A DNA stretch of 37,170 bases, from assembly GCA_964646075.1 (NCBI GenBank), contig CAZYBZ010000002.1:1-37170 (forward strand), read 5' to 3'. This document shows, in pieces, positions 16,333 to 25,713 of this stretch; the first letter of the stretch is position 1; the number at the start of each line of letters is the position of its first letter. The notes beneath the pieces were generated by a model. The model saw nothing but the letters and a program-made list of their open reading frames with translations. It did not search any database and was not told the origin of the DNA. A program made the position numbers and the translations under genes. The DNA is from an uncultured Candidatus Saccharibacteria bacterium. GTDB lineage: Bacteria > Patescibacteriota > Minisyncoccia > Minisyncoccales > PEYH01.

Positions 16333-18159
16333 TTGATTCAAAGCCTAGAATTTAAAACTCAGAATTCAAAACTCGGCTTCACACTTATAGAGGTTTTGGT
16401 GGCGTCTTTTTTAATCTCTATTGTTTTTCTAGGGATTTTTGGAGGATTTCAGTTGGCGATAAGAACTGTTTCTCAATCAAGAGCCCAAATGGGCGCTGTC
16501 TATTTATCAAATCAACGAATAGAGGAATTGAGAAATTTGCCTTTTTCAGAAATTCGGACTGGTGAAAATTTTATTACCCTTAATGATGTTGTTTATAATA
16601 TTCAAACTTTGATTGAACGTTATGACGATTGTGCTGATGGCACAATAGAGGGTTTTGATTGCGAAGGTCTAGTTGCCTTAGTAGACACTAGCCCTGATGA
16701 CTACAAGAGAGCCACAGTAAGGGTTTCTTGGACAGAGAGCTGGGGAGGAGAGATAATTTTGATGACTGTTGTCGCTGCCGAAGGATTAAGAACAGGAGAA
16801 GGCAAAGGCGCTTTAAGGATTGCCTTGAGCGACAGCTTGGGACAGCCAGTAGAAGTCAAAATTGGAGACCAGCTTCCTCCTTGCCCAGCTGATGCCATTC
16901 ATATCACTAACTATGAACTAGGGCTTAATCAATGCTACGGCACTGACCTAAATAATCCAGGAGTTCGCCTTCTCATCTTAGACGCCTCGCGAACCCCAAA
17001 TGATTATAGAATTATTATCCAGAAACAGGGTTATGCGAAGACGCGGACATTTAAGCCAGGAGAGAAGTGGAACGATTTAATAATTGCTACGCCATTGAGA
17101 AGAAATCCTACTATTAGAGAAGGAGAGGTCTATCCAATTACTTTTGTTATTGATAGGACGAGCGATTTAACGATTCGGACTCTTCTTCCTTGGGGAGGAG
17201 GTAATTTTTTTGATACTTTTTTAAATCAAGAAAATATCTCTAAAATTAACAATCTTATTGTGAGCGATAAAGAGGTAAAATTGGCAATGAGTTCTCCTCT
17301 TAATTATTTTGATTCTGGTTATCTAGTATCTAGTCCCGTCTCGCCTGAAGCGATGACGGAATGGCGCCAGCTTACTTGGTCTGATTTTGAGGGATTAGGG
17401 ACTGACATTAAATACCGTCTTTTCTATACCACTAATACTGAGTGGTATTTAGTCCCTGATAAGGATTTACTTGGTAATTCTTTGGGCTTTGATTCCTCGC
17501 CTGTTGATTTGAGCGGATTAGATCCTTCTCAGTTTCCTAGATTAAAGATAAGAGCTGATTTTTTGACTAATGATTTAGAGAAAACACCTATTCTTTATGA
17601 ATGGGAGCTTTCTTGGAAAGACGGTCAGGCGACCCCCATCTCCAATGTTAACTTCTCTTTGAGGGGCGACAAGATTGTTGGTACTGATATGGAAGAGCAA
17701 CCGATTTATAAATATTTAGGTAATCATTCCACAGATTGGCAGGGAGAAAAACTTTTATCTGATATGAGGGCAGATAGCTATCATTTTTTTGATTTTAAAA
17801 AAGGGGGTCAACTATTAAGCTTGAACCAAGAGTTAAGCCCAATGCCTTTTAGTCTCTTACCAGGGGAAAAAGCTTCTTTTGCTCTTTATTTAGAATCAGA
17901 GAATTCTTTATTAGTTAAGGTTCGAGATTTCTTGACCGGAAAACCAGTTTTTGGGGCAACGGTTCGTCTCTCTCATGGTTTGCTAGGCTACTCTGAAATT
18001 CAAAGTACTAACATACAAGGAGAAGCATTCTTTATTCCCTTAGAAGCGGCTCTGGGTTATGAATTAAATATTCAAGCAATCAATTGTTATGAAAAGAATT
18101 ACTCTATTAACATTTCAGGAAATGTTTATAAGAGTTTAAGTATAGAAAGATATGAATAA
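16333..18159 (+). CDS. Giant prepilin-type protein (608 aa; PilV-like N-terminus plus beta-sandwich, adhesin-like C-terminal domains)
   Basis: Class III signal ...NSKLG/FTLIEVLVASFLISIVFLGIF with Glu at +5. The C-terminal segments (YRIIIQKQGYAKTRTF; LLVKVRDFLTGKPVFGATVRL) resemble PEGA / carboxypeptidase-regulatory-like folds. TTG start. Confidence 0.75.
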   Translation: MIQSLEFKTQNSKLGFTLIEVLVASFLISIVFLGIFGGFQLAIRTVSQSRAQMGAVYLSNQRIEELRNLPFSEIRTGENFITLNDVVYNIQTLIERYDDCADGTIEGFDCEGLVALVDTSPDDYKRATVRVSWTESWGGEIILMTVVAAEGLRTGEGKGALRIALSDSLGQPVEVKIGDQLPPCPADAIHITNYELGLNQCYGTDLNNPGVRLLILDASRTPNDYRIIIQKQGYAKTRTFKPGEKWNDLIIATPLRRNPTIREGEVYPITFVIDRTSDLTIRTLLPWGGGNFFDTFLNQENISKINNLIVSDKEVKLAMSSPLNYFDSGYLVSSPVSPEAMTEWRQLTWSDFEGLGTDIKYRLFYTTNTEWYLVPDKDLLGNSLGFDSSPVDLSGLDPSQFPRLKIRADFLTNDLEKTPILYEWELSWKDGQATPISNVNFSLRGDKIVGTDMEEQPIYKYLGNHSTDWQGEKLLSDMRADSYHFFDFKKGGQLLSLNQELSPMPFSLLPGEKASFALYLESENSLLVKVRDFLTGKPVFGATVRLSHGLLGYSEIQSTNIQGEAFFIPLEAALGYELNIQAINCYEKNYSINISGNVYKSLSIERYE

Positions 18160-19147
18160 AACCCTAGGCTTTACATTGATTGAAACCTTGGTTGCTATTA
18201 CCATTTTCGGTCTTTTAACAACGGCTTTGTTTAGTATGATTCCTTTTCTCTATCGTATTGATACTTATATTTGGCACCAGGCCTACGCTATTAATGAGGC
18301 TAGGAGAGGGGTTAGGGTGATGATTAGAGAGATTAGAGAGGCTCGAGTGGGTGAGGATGGCTCTTTTCCAATAGAGAAGGCGACAGATAGTGAGTTCATT
18401 TTTTTTAGTAATATTGACGAAGATGAAAGAGTAGAAAGGGTGAGGTATTTTCTAGGAGGGGGACATGAACGAACGCAAACAAAGGAATGCGTAAGTCATG
18501 TCAGCGGTGGCTCCTGCTCAGTCGTCTTTTCTAATTTTTATAGCGGCACTCTAGCACGAGCCCAAATCCAAGTAAGCGTTCAGGGTGATTTTGGCTGGAT
18601 AAACGAATATGCTGAAATTTCTGTTGATGGCCTTGAGCTAGGAGAATTTTGCAAAGATCATGGTGAATGCAATGATTGTTCGGGATTTTGGCAGGGTACG
18701 ACTTCATTTGATATTACTGACCAAGCACAGGATAATTTTCTTCAGTTTATTGCTGATGCATCTGCAACTGTAGGCGCTTTTTGTGACTGGCGAAAAGAGA
18801 ATCATTCTATTAAGGCTCAGTTTGTGTTGTCTTGGACAGAGATTATTCCAGGACAGGGAATGAAATTTAAAAGAGGAATAGTGGAGCCAACAGGAGACCC
18901 TGTTCAATACTTAATAGAGCAGGAAGAAATTACCATTTTGTCTCGCCATGTCCAAAATAGAGCAGAGGGTCTCGAAAGACGTATTTTTAGATATTTAGAT
19001 ACTAATGGTCAGGAAATTATTGAGAACCCTGCTCGAATTAAAGAAGTTCGTTTAATACAATTTTTTCTAATTGTTAATGTTGAACCTGGTCGTGACCCAG
19101 GAAATTATATATTGAAGAGCAGTGTTCGATTAAGAAATTTAAGGTAA
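18152..19147 (+). CDS. Prepilin-type protein (331 aa, PilW-like) with a six-Cys insert
   Basis: MNKTLG/FTLIETLVAITIFGLL followed by NEARRGVRVMIREIREA. It overlaps the previous gene by 8 nt (ATGAATAA). Confidence 0.7.
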   Translation: MNKTLGFTLIETLVAITIFGLLTTALFSMIPFLYRIDTYIWHQAYAINEARRGVRVMIREIREARVGEDGSFPIEKATDSEFIFFSNIDEDERVERVRYFLGGGHERTQTKECVSHVSGGSCSVVFSNFYSGTLARAQIQVSVQGDFGWINEYAEISVDGLELGEFCKDHGECNDCSGFWQGTTSFDITDQAQDNFLQFIADASATVGAFCDWRKENHSIKAQFVLSWTEIIPGQGMKFKRGIVEPTGDPVQYLIEQEEITILSRHVQNRAEGLERRIFRYLDTNGQEIIENPARIKEVRLIQFFLIVNVEPGRDPGNYILKSSVRLRNLR

Positions 19148-19172
19148 AAGGAATATAAAAGAAATAAAAAAA

Positions 19173-20642
19173 ATGAGAAGCAATAAAAACAAGGGTTTCG
19201 TGATTACTTATGTCTTGCTTTTTGGTGTTGTCTTTTTAATTCTTTTGTCTGGTCTTCTTAGCTTTATTCTTTCTCAACTAAGGCAGTCTAAGCATGAACT
19301 TGCTTATGAGCAAGCTCTTCATATAGCTGAAGCGGGCCTTGAAAGATATCGTTGGTACTTAATTCATAAGTCCCAGGCGCTTTTTGATGGAGCAGAGATT
19401 GGCTGTCCCCCTTCTAATTGCCTTGATTGTCTTGTTTGCGAATATGAATTAACTTTTCCTGGCTTGGGAAAAATTGGAAAATATCGCTTAGAGATAGAAG
19501 AAGAAAGGGCTTGTGGCGTCACTACGGCAATAAGGGTTATGGCTACTGGATGGACCACTGAATTTCCTGATATTCAAAGAAAGATTTCTGTTCATTATGT
19601 GAGGCCAACTGTTGCCGAGTATTCTTATATCTTGAATGATAATGTTTGGGCAGGGGCTGATAGAACTATTATGGGACCCTATCATTCTAATGGAGGGATA
19701 AGAATGGATGGCCAGAACAACTCTTTAGTCACTTCAGCACAGGATGAGTGGATTTGTACTGCTTCTTATGGCTGTTCTGTCTGCCCCCTTGTTTGTCAGA
19801 TTCAGGCAGGAGGAGAATGTCTTTGTCCAGGGGTTTTCACCACGGCTAATGGTAGGGTAGATCTTTTTAGAACTGGAATTTCCCGTTTTGATTTTGAAGG
19901 TATTATTATTGAGTTGGGTCGAGTTAAATCTTTGACTCAGCCATTTCCCGAAGGAATGGGCAAGGGGCTTTATCTTCCCCCCTCTGGTAAAAAGGGTTAT
20001 CATGTTATACTAAAAGGAAGAGAGGTAGAGGTTCGGAAAATCAAGGAATTAACTAGGGTTATGGCTCATGGCACTGAGAAAGGTTGGCATTGGGAGTATT
20101 CAATTATTAGCGAGAAAGGTTCGGCAATTAATTATTCCCTGGATGATTGCGGGCTTATTTTTATAGAAGATGATGTTTGGCTTGAGGGAGAAGTAGAGGG
20201 AAAGATTACCTTGGTCGTGGCTGATTTAATCACCCATGGTAAAGAGAGAAATGTCTGGTTGAAAGATGATATTATTTATCGGGATGGGGGTAAACCAGAC
20301 GGTTTTATCTTGATGAGTCAAGGCAATATTCTTATCACTCCCGACTCCCCAGATTATTTAGACTTGCAAGGTGTTTTTATCGCTCAGACTGGTTTTTTTG
20401 GTAGAAATCATTATCCCCATACATGGTACCCGAATTATGCTAGAAAAGAGAAGTTAAGAATTTTTGGTACGATAGTTAGTAACGGTAGAGTGGGGACAAA
20501 ATGGAGTTCTGGAGGGGCATGGGTGTCTGGCTATCGTCAAAGAGAAACTATCTTTAACCCGATTTTAACTTTTAATCCCCCGCCATTTATACCTTCTACT
20601 TCTGAAGAATTTAGATTCAAAGGATGGGAAGAAAAGAGATAA
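19173..20642 (+). CDS. PilX-like pilus-associated protein (489 aa, 12 Cys, beta-helix-like C-terminal part)
   Basis: Basic N-terminus plus hydrophobic helix KGFVITYVLLFGVVFLILLSGLL, then ALHIAEAGLERYRWYL, which resembles the PilX N-terminal motif. There is no Glu at +5. Confidence 0.55.
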   Translation: MRSNKNKGFVITYVLLFGVVFLILLSGLLSFILSQLRQSKHELAYEQALHIAEAGLERYRWYLIHKSQALFDGAEIGCPPSNCLDCLVCEYELTFPGLGKIGKYRLEIEEERACGVTTAIRVMATGWTTEFPDIQRKISVHYVRPTVAEYSYILNDNVWAGADRTIMGPYHSNGGIRMDGQNNSLVTSAQDEWICTASYGCSVCPLVCQIQAGGECLCPGVFTTANGRVDLFRTGISRFDFEGIIIELGRVKSLTQPFPEGMGKGLYLPPSGKKGYHVILKGREVEVRKIKELTRVMAHGTEKGWHWEYSIISEKGSAINYSLDDCGLIFIEDDVWLEGEVEGKITLVVADLITHGKERNVWLKDDIIYRDGGKPDGFILMSQGNILITPDSPDYLDLQGVFIAQTGFFGRNHYPHTWYPNYARKEKLRIFGTIVSNGRVGTKWSSGGAWVSGYRQRETIFNPILTFNPPPFIPSTSEEFRFKGWEEKR

Positions 20643-20659
20643 TCATTAATCATCAATTT

Positions 20660-21733
20660 ATGTTTGATTTTCTTAATTTAAACCCAGGGACTTTTGGATT
20701 AGATATCTCTGATTTGTCTTTGAAAATTGTTTACTTAAAAAAGCATAGAAATAAATTAAAGATTAGCGCCTTATCTGAGTCATTCTTAGCTCCCGGTATA
20801 ATTAAGCAAGGAGAAATAAAAGATAGTGAAAGACTAACTAAAGCCATCAAGCGATTAGTAAAAAAAACAAAAGGTTTAAAGACTAAATATGTGGCCATTT
20901 CTCTACCCGAGGAAAAATCATTTGTCCGTTTACTTGAAATGCCACAAATGAACAAAGAAGAGATAAAAAGCGCTGTTGCTTTTGAGGCAGAAAACTATAT
21001 TCCTTTTAGCCTTGATAAAGTTTACCTTGACTCCCAGATAGTTGAGATGATTGACAAGTCCTCTAAGCACACAGAAGTGCTTTTAGTTGCTTTGCCTAAA
21101 AAAACGGTTGACCCTTATGTGAGCATTCTTCAAAAAGCAGGTCTTTTGCCGGTAGCAATGGAGACAGAATCTCAGGCAACAGCCAGGGCTTTAATCAAGG
21201 GACAAAAAACAGAAAATCCAGTTTTCATAGCTGACATTGGAGCTACTTGTGCCAATTTTAGTGTTTATTTTGGCAATTCTTTACGCTTCACCTCTTTTAT
21301 TCCTTTTTCTTCCAATAAGTTAACTGCTGCCATTGTTAAGAGCATGAAAATTGAGCCAGCGGAAGCTAAAAAATTGAAAGTTCTTTACGGTTTTCAGCGA
21401 GCAGGAGGTAGGGCGAAAAAGATCTTTCAGGCGTTGCATCCAGCTTTAACCGAATTTTCTGAAGCGCTTAAAAAGCATATTGATTATTATCAGACTTATG
21501 CTAAAGATGAAGAATTAATTAGTAGTGACAAGAAGGCGAGAAAGCTTTTACTTTGTGGAGGTGGATCTAATTTACGAGGCTTGGTTAAGTTTTTGTCACA
21601 AGAAACAGGACTGATTGTTCAGAAAGGTGATCCTTTGATCAATCTTCCACAAAGAGATAGCCGTGTAAAGAATAAATCAAAAGAATATCTATTAAGATAT
21701 AGCACGGCGATAGGACTAGCATTAAGAGATTAA
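20660..21733 (+). CDS. pilM: Type IV pilus assembly protein PilM (actin-like ATPase fold)
   Basis: FGLDISDLSLKIVYL, DIGATCANFSV, LLCGGGSNLRGL. I prefer ATG 20660. The ORF-track start at 20624 overlaps the previous gene by 19 nt. Confidence 0.85.
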   Translation: MFDFLNLNPGTFGLDISDLSLKIVYLKKHRNKLKISALSESFLAPGIIKQGEIKDSERLTKAIKRLVKKTKGLKTKYVAISLPEEKSFVRLLEMPQMNKEEIKSAVAFEAENYIPFSLDKVYLDSQIVEMIDKSSKHTEVLLVALPKKTVDPYVSILQKAGLLPVAMETESQATARALIKGQKTENPVFIADIGATCANFSVYFGNSLRFTSFIPFSSNKLTAAIVKSMKIEPAEAKKLKVLYGFQRAGGRAKKIFQALHPALTEFSEALKKHIDYYQTYAKDEELISSDKKARKLLLCGGGSNLRGLVKFLSQETGLIVQKGDPLINLPQRDSRVKNKSKEYLLRYSTAIGLALRD

Positions 21734-21745
21734 ATTAATTTAACA

Positions 21746-22288
21746 ATGATAAATCTTCTTCCTCCAGCTGAAAAAGAAAAACGATCTCAGGAAAAACAAT
21801 TAAAGTTGGCTTGGGTTTTGGGAATTCTGATTATTGCTCCTATCCTCTCTTTTGGTTTAATCTTATTTTCCATTGAGCTCTATATTAATAATCAGATAGA
21901 AACCAAAAAAACATTAATTGAGATGGAAAGACAGGGGAATTATCAAATTCAAACTCTTCAGCGAAAGATAGGAGTAATTAATAAAAATTTATTAGCTCTA
22001 AATACTTTTTATAAAGATCAATTTATGGTTTCGCTTCTTTTAGAACAGGTATCTAATCTCCTTCAACAGGGCGCTCACTTAAGGGTCTTTTCTTATCACG
22101 AAGATGGCTCGCGGGTCATGCTTTCTGGCTATGCTGTTGATGTTGATGACGCTTATAAGTTTAGAGAGCAATTAAGGGAGCAAGAGAATTTTCAGGAAGT
22201 TAGTTTTGCCTTGGGCGACTGGTTCCAAGATAAAGGAATAAGTTTTAGGGTGAATTTTATCTTAGTCCCAGAGAGAGACTCGAACTAG
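21746..22288 (+). CDS. pilN: PilN-like pilus assembly protein
   Basis: N-terminal INLLPP motif, single TM, 180 aa, positioned after pilM. Confidence 0.7.
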   Translation: MINLLPPAEKEKRSQEKQLKLAWVLGILIIAPILSFGLILFSIELYINNQIETKKTLIEMERQGNYQIQTLQRKIGVINKNLLALNTFYKDQFMVSLLLEQVSNLLQQGAHLRVFSYHEDGSRVMLSGYAVDVDDAYKFREQLREQENFQEVSFALGDWFQDKGISFRVNFILVPERDSN

Positions 22289-22322
22289 AATATAGAAAAG
22301 AATTTTTTAGCCTGACGATAAA

Positions 22323-22901
22323 ATGAATCTTCAGCAAAAAAAATATTTTTCCATTTTTATTATAATAGCTATTTTCTTTCTATTGTTTTTTTTATTTATT
22401 TTTCCAGTTTTAAGAAATATCATTGAAAATTCGGAAGAGTTGGCTTTTCGTCGTCAGAAATTAGCCTCCATAAGATTATTAGGTCAGGATTTTGAGAATA
22501 TTCAAAGGAATTTTCGTCTTTATGAAGAAGGATTATCTAAGATGAATAATCTTTTAATGGAAGAATTATTTATTGACCCTGAGATTCCTGTTAGTTTTAT
22601 TAATTTTTTTAGAGAAGAAGCGGCTAATCTTGACTTGTCCCTGAAGGTTTCTCCAACGGGTTTTTACCAAGGACAAGACAGGACTTGGGACTATATGACT
22701 TTTCGAATTAGCGGGGTTGGTAGATTCGTTAATATGATGAGATTTCTTAAAAGACTAGAGAATAGTCGTTGGTTAATAGAAACAGTCACTCTAACTATTG
22801 TCAGACAAGAAGAGCTTGGGGTTCAAATAGAAGAAGAGGTGGTTCTTCCAGGGGAATATATTGAAATTAATCTTTTAATAAAGGTTTATGCTCAAAGTTA
22901 A
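22323..22901 (+). CDS. PilO-like pilus assembly protein
   Basis: Single N-terminal TM plus a coiled-coil segment, positioned after pilN. The call rests on architecture and synteny only. Confidence 0.5.
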   Translation: MNLQQKKYFSIFIIIAIFFLLFFLFIFPVLRNIIENSEELAFRRQKLASIRLLGQDFENIQRNFRLYEEGLSKMNNLLMEELFIDPEIPVSFINFFREEAANLDLSLKVSPTGFYQGQDRTWDYMTFRISGVGRFVNMMRFLKRLENSRWLIETVTLTIVRQEELGVQIEEEVVLPGEYIEINLLIKVYAQS

Positions 22902-23190
22902 CCTTAACTTTCAAGGAGTAAAAAGGGGGTTTAGAAAAATAGCTTGGTTCCTAGGAGAAAGAGCTTTTATAAGTTTCATTGTTTTTTTCTTTTTAACTTT
23001 ATTTATCACTAGCGCAATTTTTTATTATTATGGATTTTTAGCTGCAACAGGAGAGCCATTTCCAGCAGTTAAAATCGTTGAGTTAGACAAAGATATTTAT
23101 CAAGATTTTTTGGACAATCACAGTCAACGCAAAAGAATATTTTTTGAAATTGATTCTAAGGACTATTTTAACCCTTTTTTTCAAGATTAG
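22888..23190 (+). CDS. Small single-TM hypothetical protein (100 aa), last gene of the pilus locus
   Basis: ORF track. It overlaps the pilO-like gene by 14 nt. One hydrophobic helix (FISFIVFFFLTLFITSAIFYYYGF). Confidence 0.5.
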   Translation: MLKVNLNFQGVKRGFRKIAWFLGERAFISFIVFFFLTLFITSAIFYYYGFLAATGEPFPAVKIVELDKDIYQDFLDNHSQRKRIFFEIDSKDYFNPFFQD

Positions 23191-23271
23191 ATAAATAACT
23201 TTTTTCTAATTTAGCTTTTAGTTGGCGATAGAAAAAAGAGAAATCCAATTTTGATTATTTAAAGGGGTTTT

Positions 23272-23300
23272 TTGTTTTAGAAAAGAATTTAGGGTATACT
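23272..23300 (+). promoter_or_regulatory. Promoter candidate, TTGTTT(23272-23277)-17 nt-TATACT(23295-23300), placing +1 on the ATG at 23307
   Basis: Read directly. The -10 ends exactly 7 nt before the A of the start codon, and no SD is present. Confidence 0.45.
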
Positions 23301-23306
23301 AAATTT

Positions 23307-24575
23307 ATGTATTCAAAAATTATTTTAAAAAATAGATTAAAGATTATCACTATTCCTAATAAAAGAGTCAATGCGGTAACAGTCTTGGCATTAGTAAAGG
23401 TTGGGAGTAAATATGAGGACAAAGAAATAAATGGTATTTCTCATTTTTTAGAGCACATGTTTTTCAAGGGCACTAAGAAGCGACCTAGTCCAATAGCGAT
23501 AGCAGAAACATTAGATAGAGTTGGCGGAGAATACAATGCTTTTACAGGTGAAGAATATACAGGTTACTATGCTAAAACAGAGGCTTCGCATTTTGACTTA
23601 GCTTTTGACTGGGTAGCAGATATTTTTTTAAACTCTCTTCTCCCGCTTAAGGAAGTTCAAAAAGAGAAAGGGGTTATAATTGAGGAGATCAATATGTATT
23701 TAGATAATCCAATGATTTCTGTTCAGACGCTATGGAGAAAACTTCTTTATGGAGACCAGCCAGCAGGAAGAGATATCGCTGGCAGTAAATCAAGTGTTCG
23801 AAAAATTTCTCAGGAGCAATTATTTAATTATCGGAAAAAGCATTATACGGCTCAAAATACTCTAATCTGTGTGGCTGGTAATTTTAGCCAAGAAAGAGTG
23901 ATAAAAGAAGTTAAAAAGTATTTTTCTAAATTGGCTCAGGGCAAAAAAATTAAGAAGCCTGCTGTAGTTGAAGAGCAAAATAAGCCAAAATCGTTAATAC
24001 ATTTTAAGACTACTGGTCAAACCCATCTTTGTTTGGGAGTGAGGGCTTATAATCTTTTTCATCCACAAAGATATGTCCTGCAGCTCGTAGGAATAGTTTT
24101 AGGAGGAATGATGAGCTCTCGACTTTTTATGGAGGTGCGTGAACGGTTGAGCTTAGCTTATTATATCTCCACGGGGATAGAAAACGATCCAGATACGGGT
24201 TTTTTAGTCACTCGAGCGGGAGTGGACAATAAAAATGTAGATAAAGCGATAAGGGCAATTTTAAAAGAATATAAAAAAATATCACAGGAAATGGTCGGAC
24301 CAAAAGAGATTAAAAAGGCTCGGGATTATATCAAGGGAAAGATGGTTTTATCTTTAGAAGGATCTGACGCTTTGGCTTCTTTTTACAGCATCCAAGAGTT
24401 ATTAAAAAATGAAATCTTAACTCCAAAAGAGATTTTTAAAGAGATTAATAAAATCCAAGCAGAGGATGTTCTGGCTGTAGCTCAAGATATTTTTCAGCCC
24501 AAGAATCTCAATCTTGCCTTGATTGGTCCTCTTAAGGATAAGAGAAGGTTTGAGAATTTATTAAAAGAGTTTTAG
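23307..24575 (+). CDS. M16 (pitrilysin/insulinase) family zinc peptidase
   Basis: HFLEHMFFKGT (HxxEH inverted zinc motif). 422 aa with a two-lobed M16 layout. Confidence 0.9.
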   Translation: MYSKIILKNRLKIITIPNKRVNAVTVLALVKVGSKYEDKEINGISHFLEHMFFKGTKKRPSPIAIAETLDRVGGEYNAFTGEEYTGYYAKTEASHFDLAFDWVADIFLNSLLPLKEVQKEKGVIIEEINMYLDNPMISVQTLWRKLLYGDQPAGRDIAGSKSSVRKISQEQLFNYRKKHYTAQNTLICVAGNFSQERVIKEVKKYFSKLAQGKKIKKPAVVEEQNKPKSLIHFKTTGQTHLCLGVRAYNLFHPQRYVLQLVGIVLGGMMSSRLFMEVRERLSLAYYISTGIENDPDTGFLVTRAGVDNKNVDKAIRAILKEYKKISQEMVGPKEIKKARDYIKGKMVLSLEGSDALASFYSIQELLKNEILTPKEIFKEINKIQAEDVLAVAQDIFQPKNLNLALIGPLKDKRRFENLLKEF

Positions 24576-24586
24576 CTGTATTTATA

Positions 24587-25657
24587 ATGGAAGAAGAACC
24601 AGTTAAAATTGAATATTCAACGCCCTCGGTAAAAGAAAGATTGACTACAAGCGCCCTAGATGTTTCATGGGGAACGATTGTTAAGATTATGCTTGCTTTG
24701 GCGACTCTTTATTTTATTTTTTTAATACGGAATATTTTGATTTGGTTAATTTTTGCCTTAATCATATCAATATTATTTAATCCAGCTATTAATTTTTTAC
24801 AGAAAGCCCGCATTCCTAGGATATTAGCTAGTGTTTTAGTCTATGCAGGCGTTTTTACATTTTTAGGTCTTTTTATCTATGTTTTTGCTTTATTGCTTTT
24901 TTCCGAGTTCCAACATCTTTCTCTTTATTTATCAACTTATTTCGAGCAAGTGGTCCCCTATCTTGATGGACTAAGAATAGAAGCTCTAAGGGATTTTGAG
25001 ACATTTTCTGAGTCTGTAAGTAATGTTCTTCAGGATCTTTCCGGTGATATTTTTATCGCTCTAGGCGCGGTTTTCGGAGGGATTCTTTCCTCGATAGCCA
25101 TTTTTTCCATCGCTTTTTTTCTTTCTCTAGAAGAGGATGGTCTTGTTAAGACCCTGATGCTTGTCTCTCCAAAAAAATATAAAACAAAAGTTTTAACTGC
25201 ATGGGATAAGAGTCAGAAAAAAATTGTTTCTTGGTTTGGAGTGCGAATTGCTTGTTGTCTTTTCATAGGGCTAGCGACTGGAATTGTTAGCTATGCTCTA
25301 AATATCAGGTACGCCGTTTTCTTCGGTTTTTTTGCTGGCATTTTTAACATTATTATTGTCATTGGTCCACTTTTAAGTGGTGCGGCGATTACGATTTTTA
25401 TCTTGATTGTTGCCGGCCCACCCCAGGCAGTTATTTTTTTGATTGCTTTTTTAATCGCTCAACAGATAGAGAATAATATTATTATGCCCTCCCTAAACAA
25501 GAGGTTTCTCAATCTCTCTCCGTCATTAGTTTTAGTGTCTCTACTAATAGGGGCAACGCTATGGGGTGTTTTAGGGGCAATCCTTGCGGTACCTTTAATT
25601 GGAATATTCTTTGAGTTCACTAGAGAATTTCTCGCGGACAAAAGGGAAGAGGATTAA
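24587..25657 (+). CDS. AI-2E family transporter (PerM/UPF0118)
   Basis: 356 aa with 7-8 TM helices and the characteristic C-terminal segment ...QQIENNIIMPSL...LGAILAVPL. Confidence 0.85.
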   Translation: MEEEPVKIEYSTPSVKERLTTSALDVSWGTIVKIMLALATLYFIFLIRNILIWLIFALIISILFNPAINFLQKARIPRILASVLVYAGVFTFLGLFIYVFALLLFSEFQHLSLYLSTYFEQVVPYLDGLRIEALRDFETFSESVSNVLQDLSGDIFIALGAVFGGILSSIAIFSIAFFLSLEEDGLVKTLMLVSPKKYKTKVLTAWDKSQKKIVSWFGVRIACCLFIGLATGIVSYALNIRYAVFFGFFAGIFNIIIVIGPLLSGAAITIFILIVAGPPQAVIFLIAFLIAQQIENNIIMPSLNKRFLNLSPSLVLVSLLIGATLWGVLGAILAVPLIGIFFEFTREFLADKREED

Positions 25658-25713
25658 CGAACTAGAGATTTTTGGAGTGGAATTAAAAAATTTATTAGAA
25701 ATTAATTTATTCA

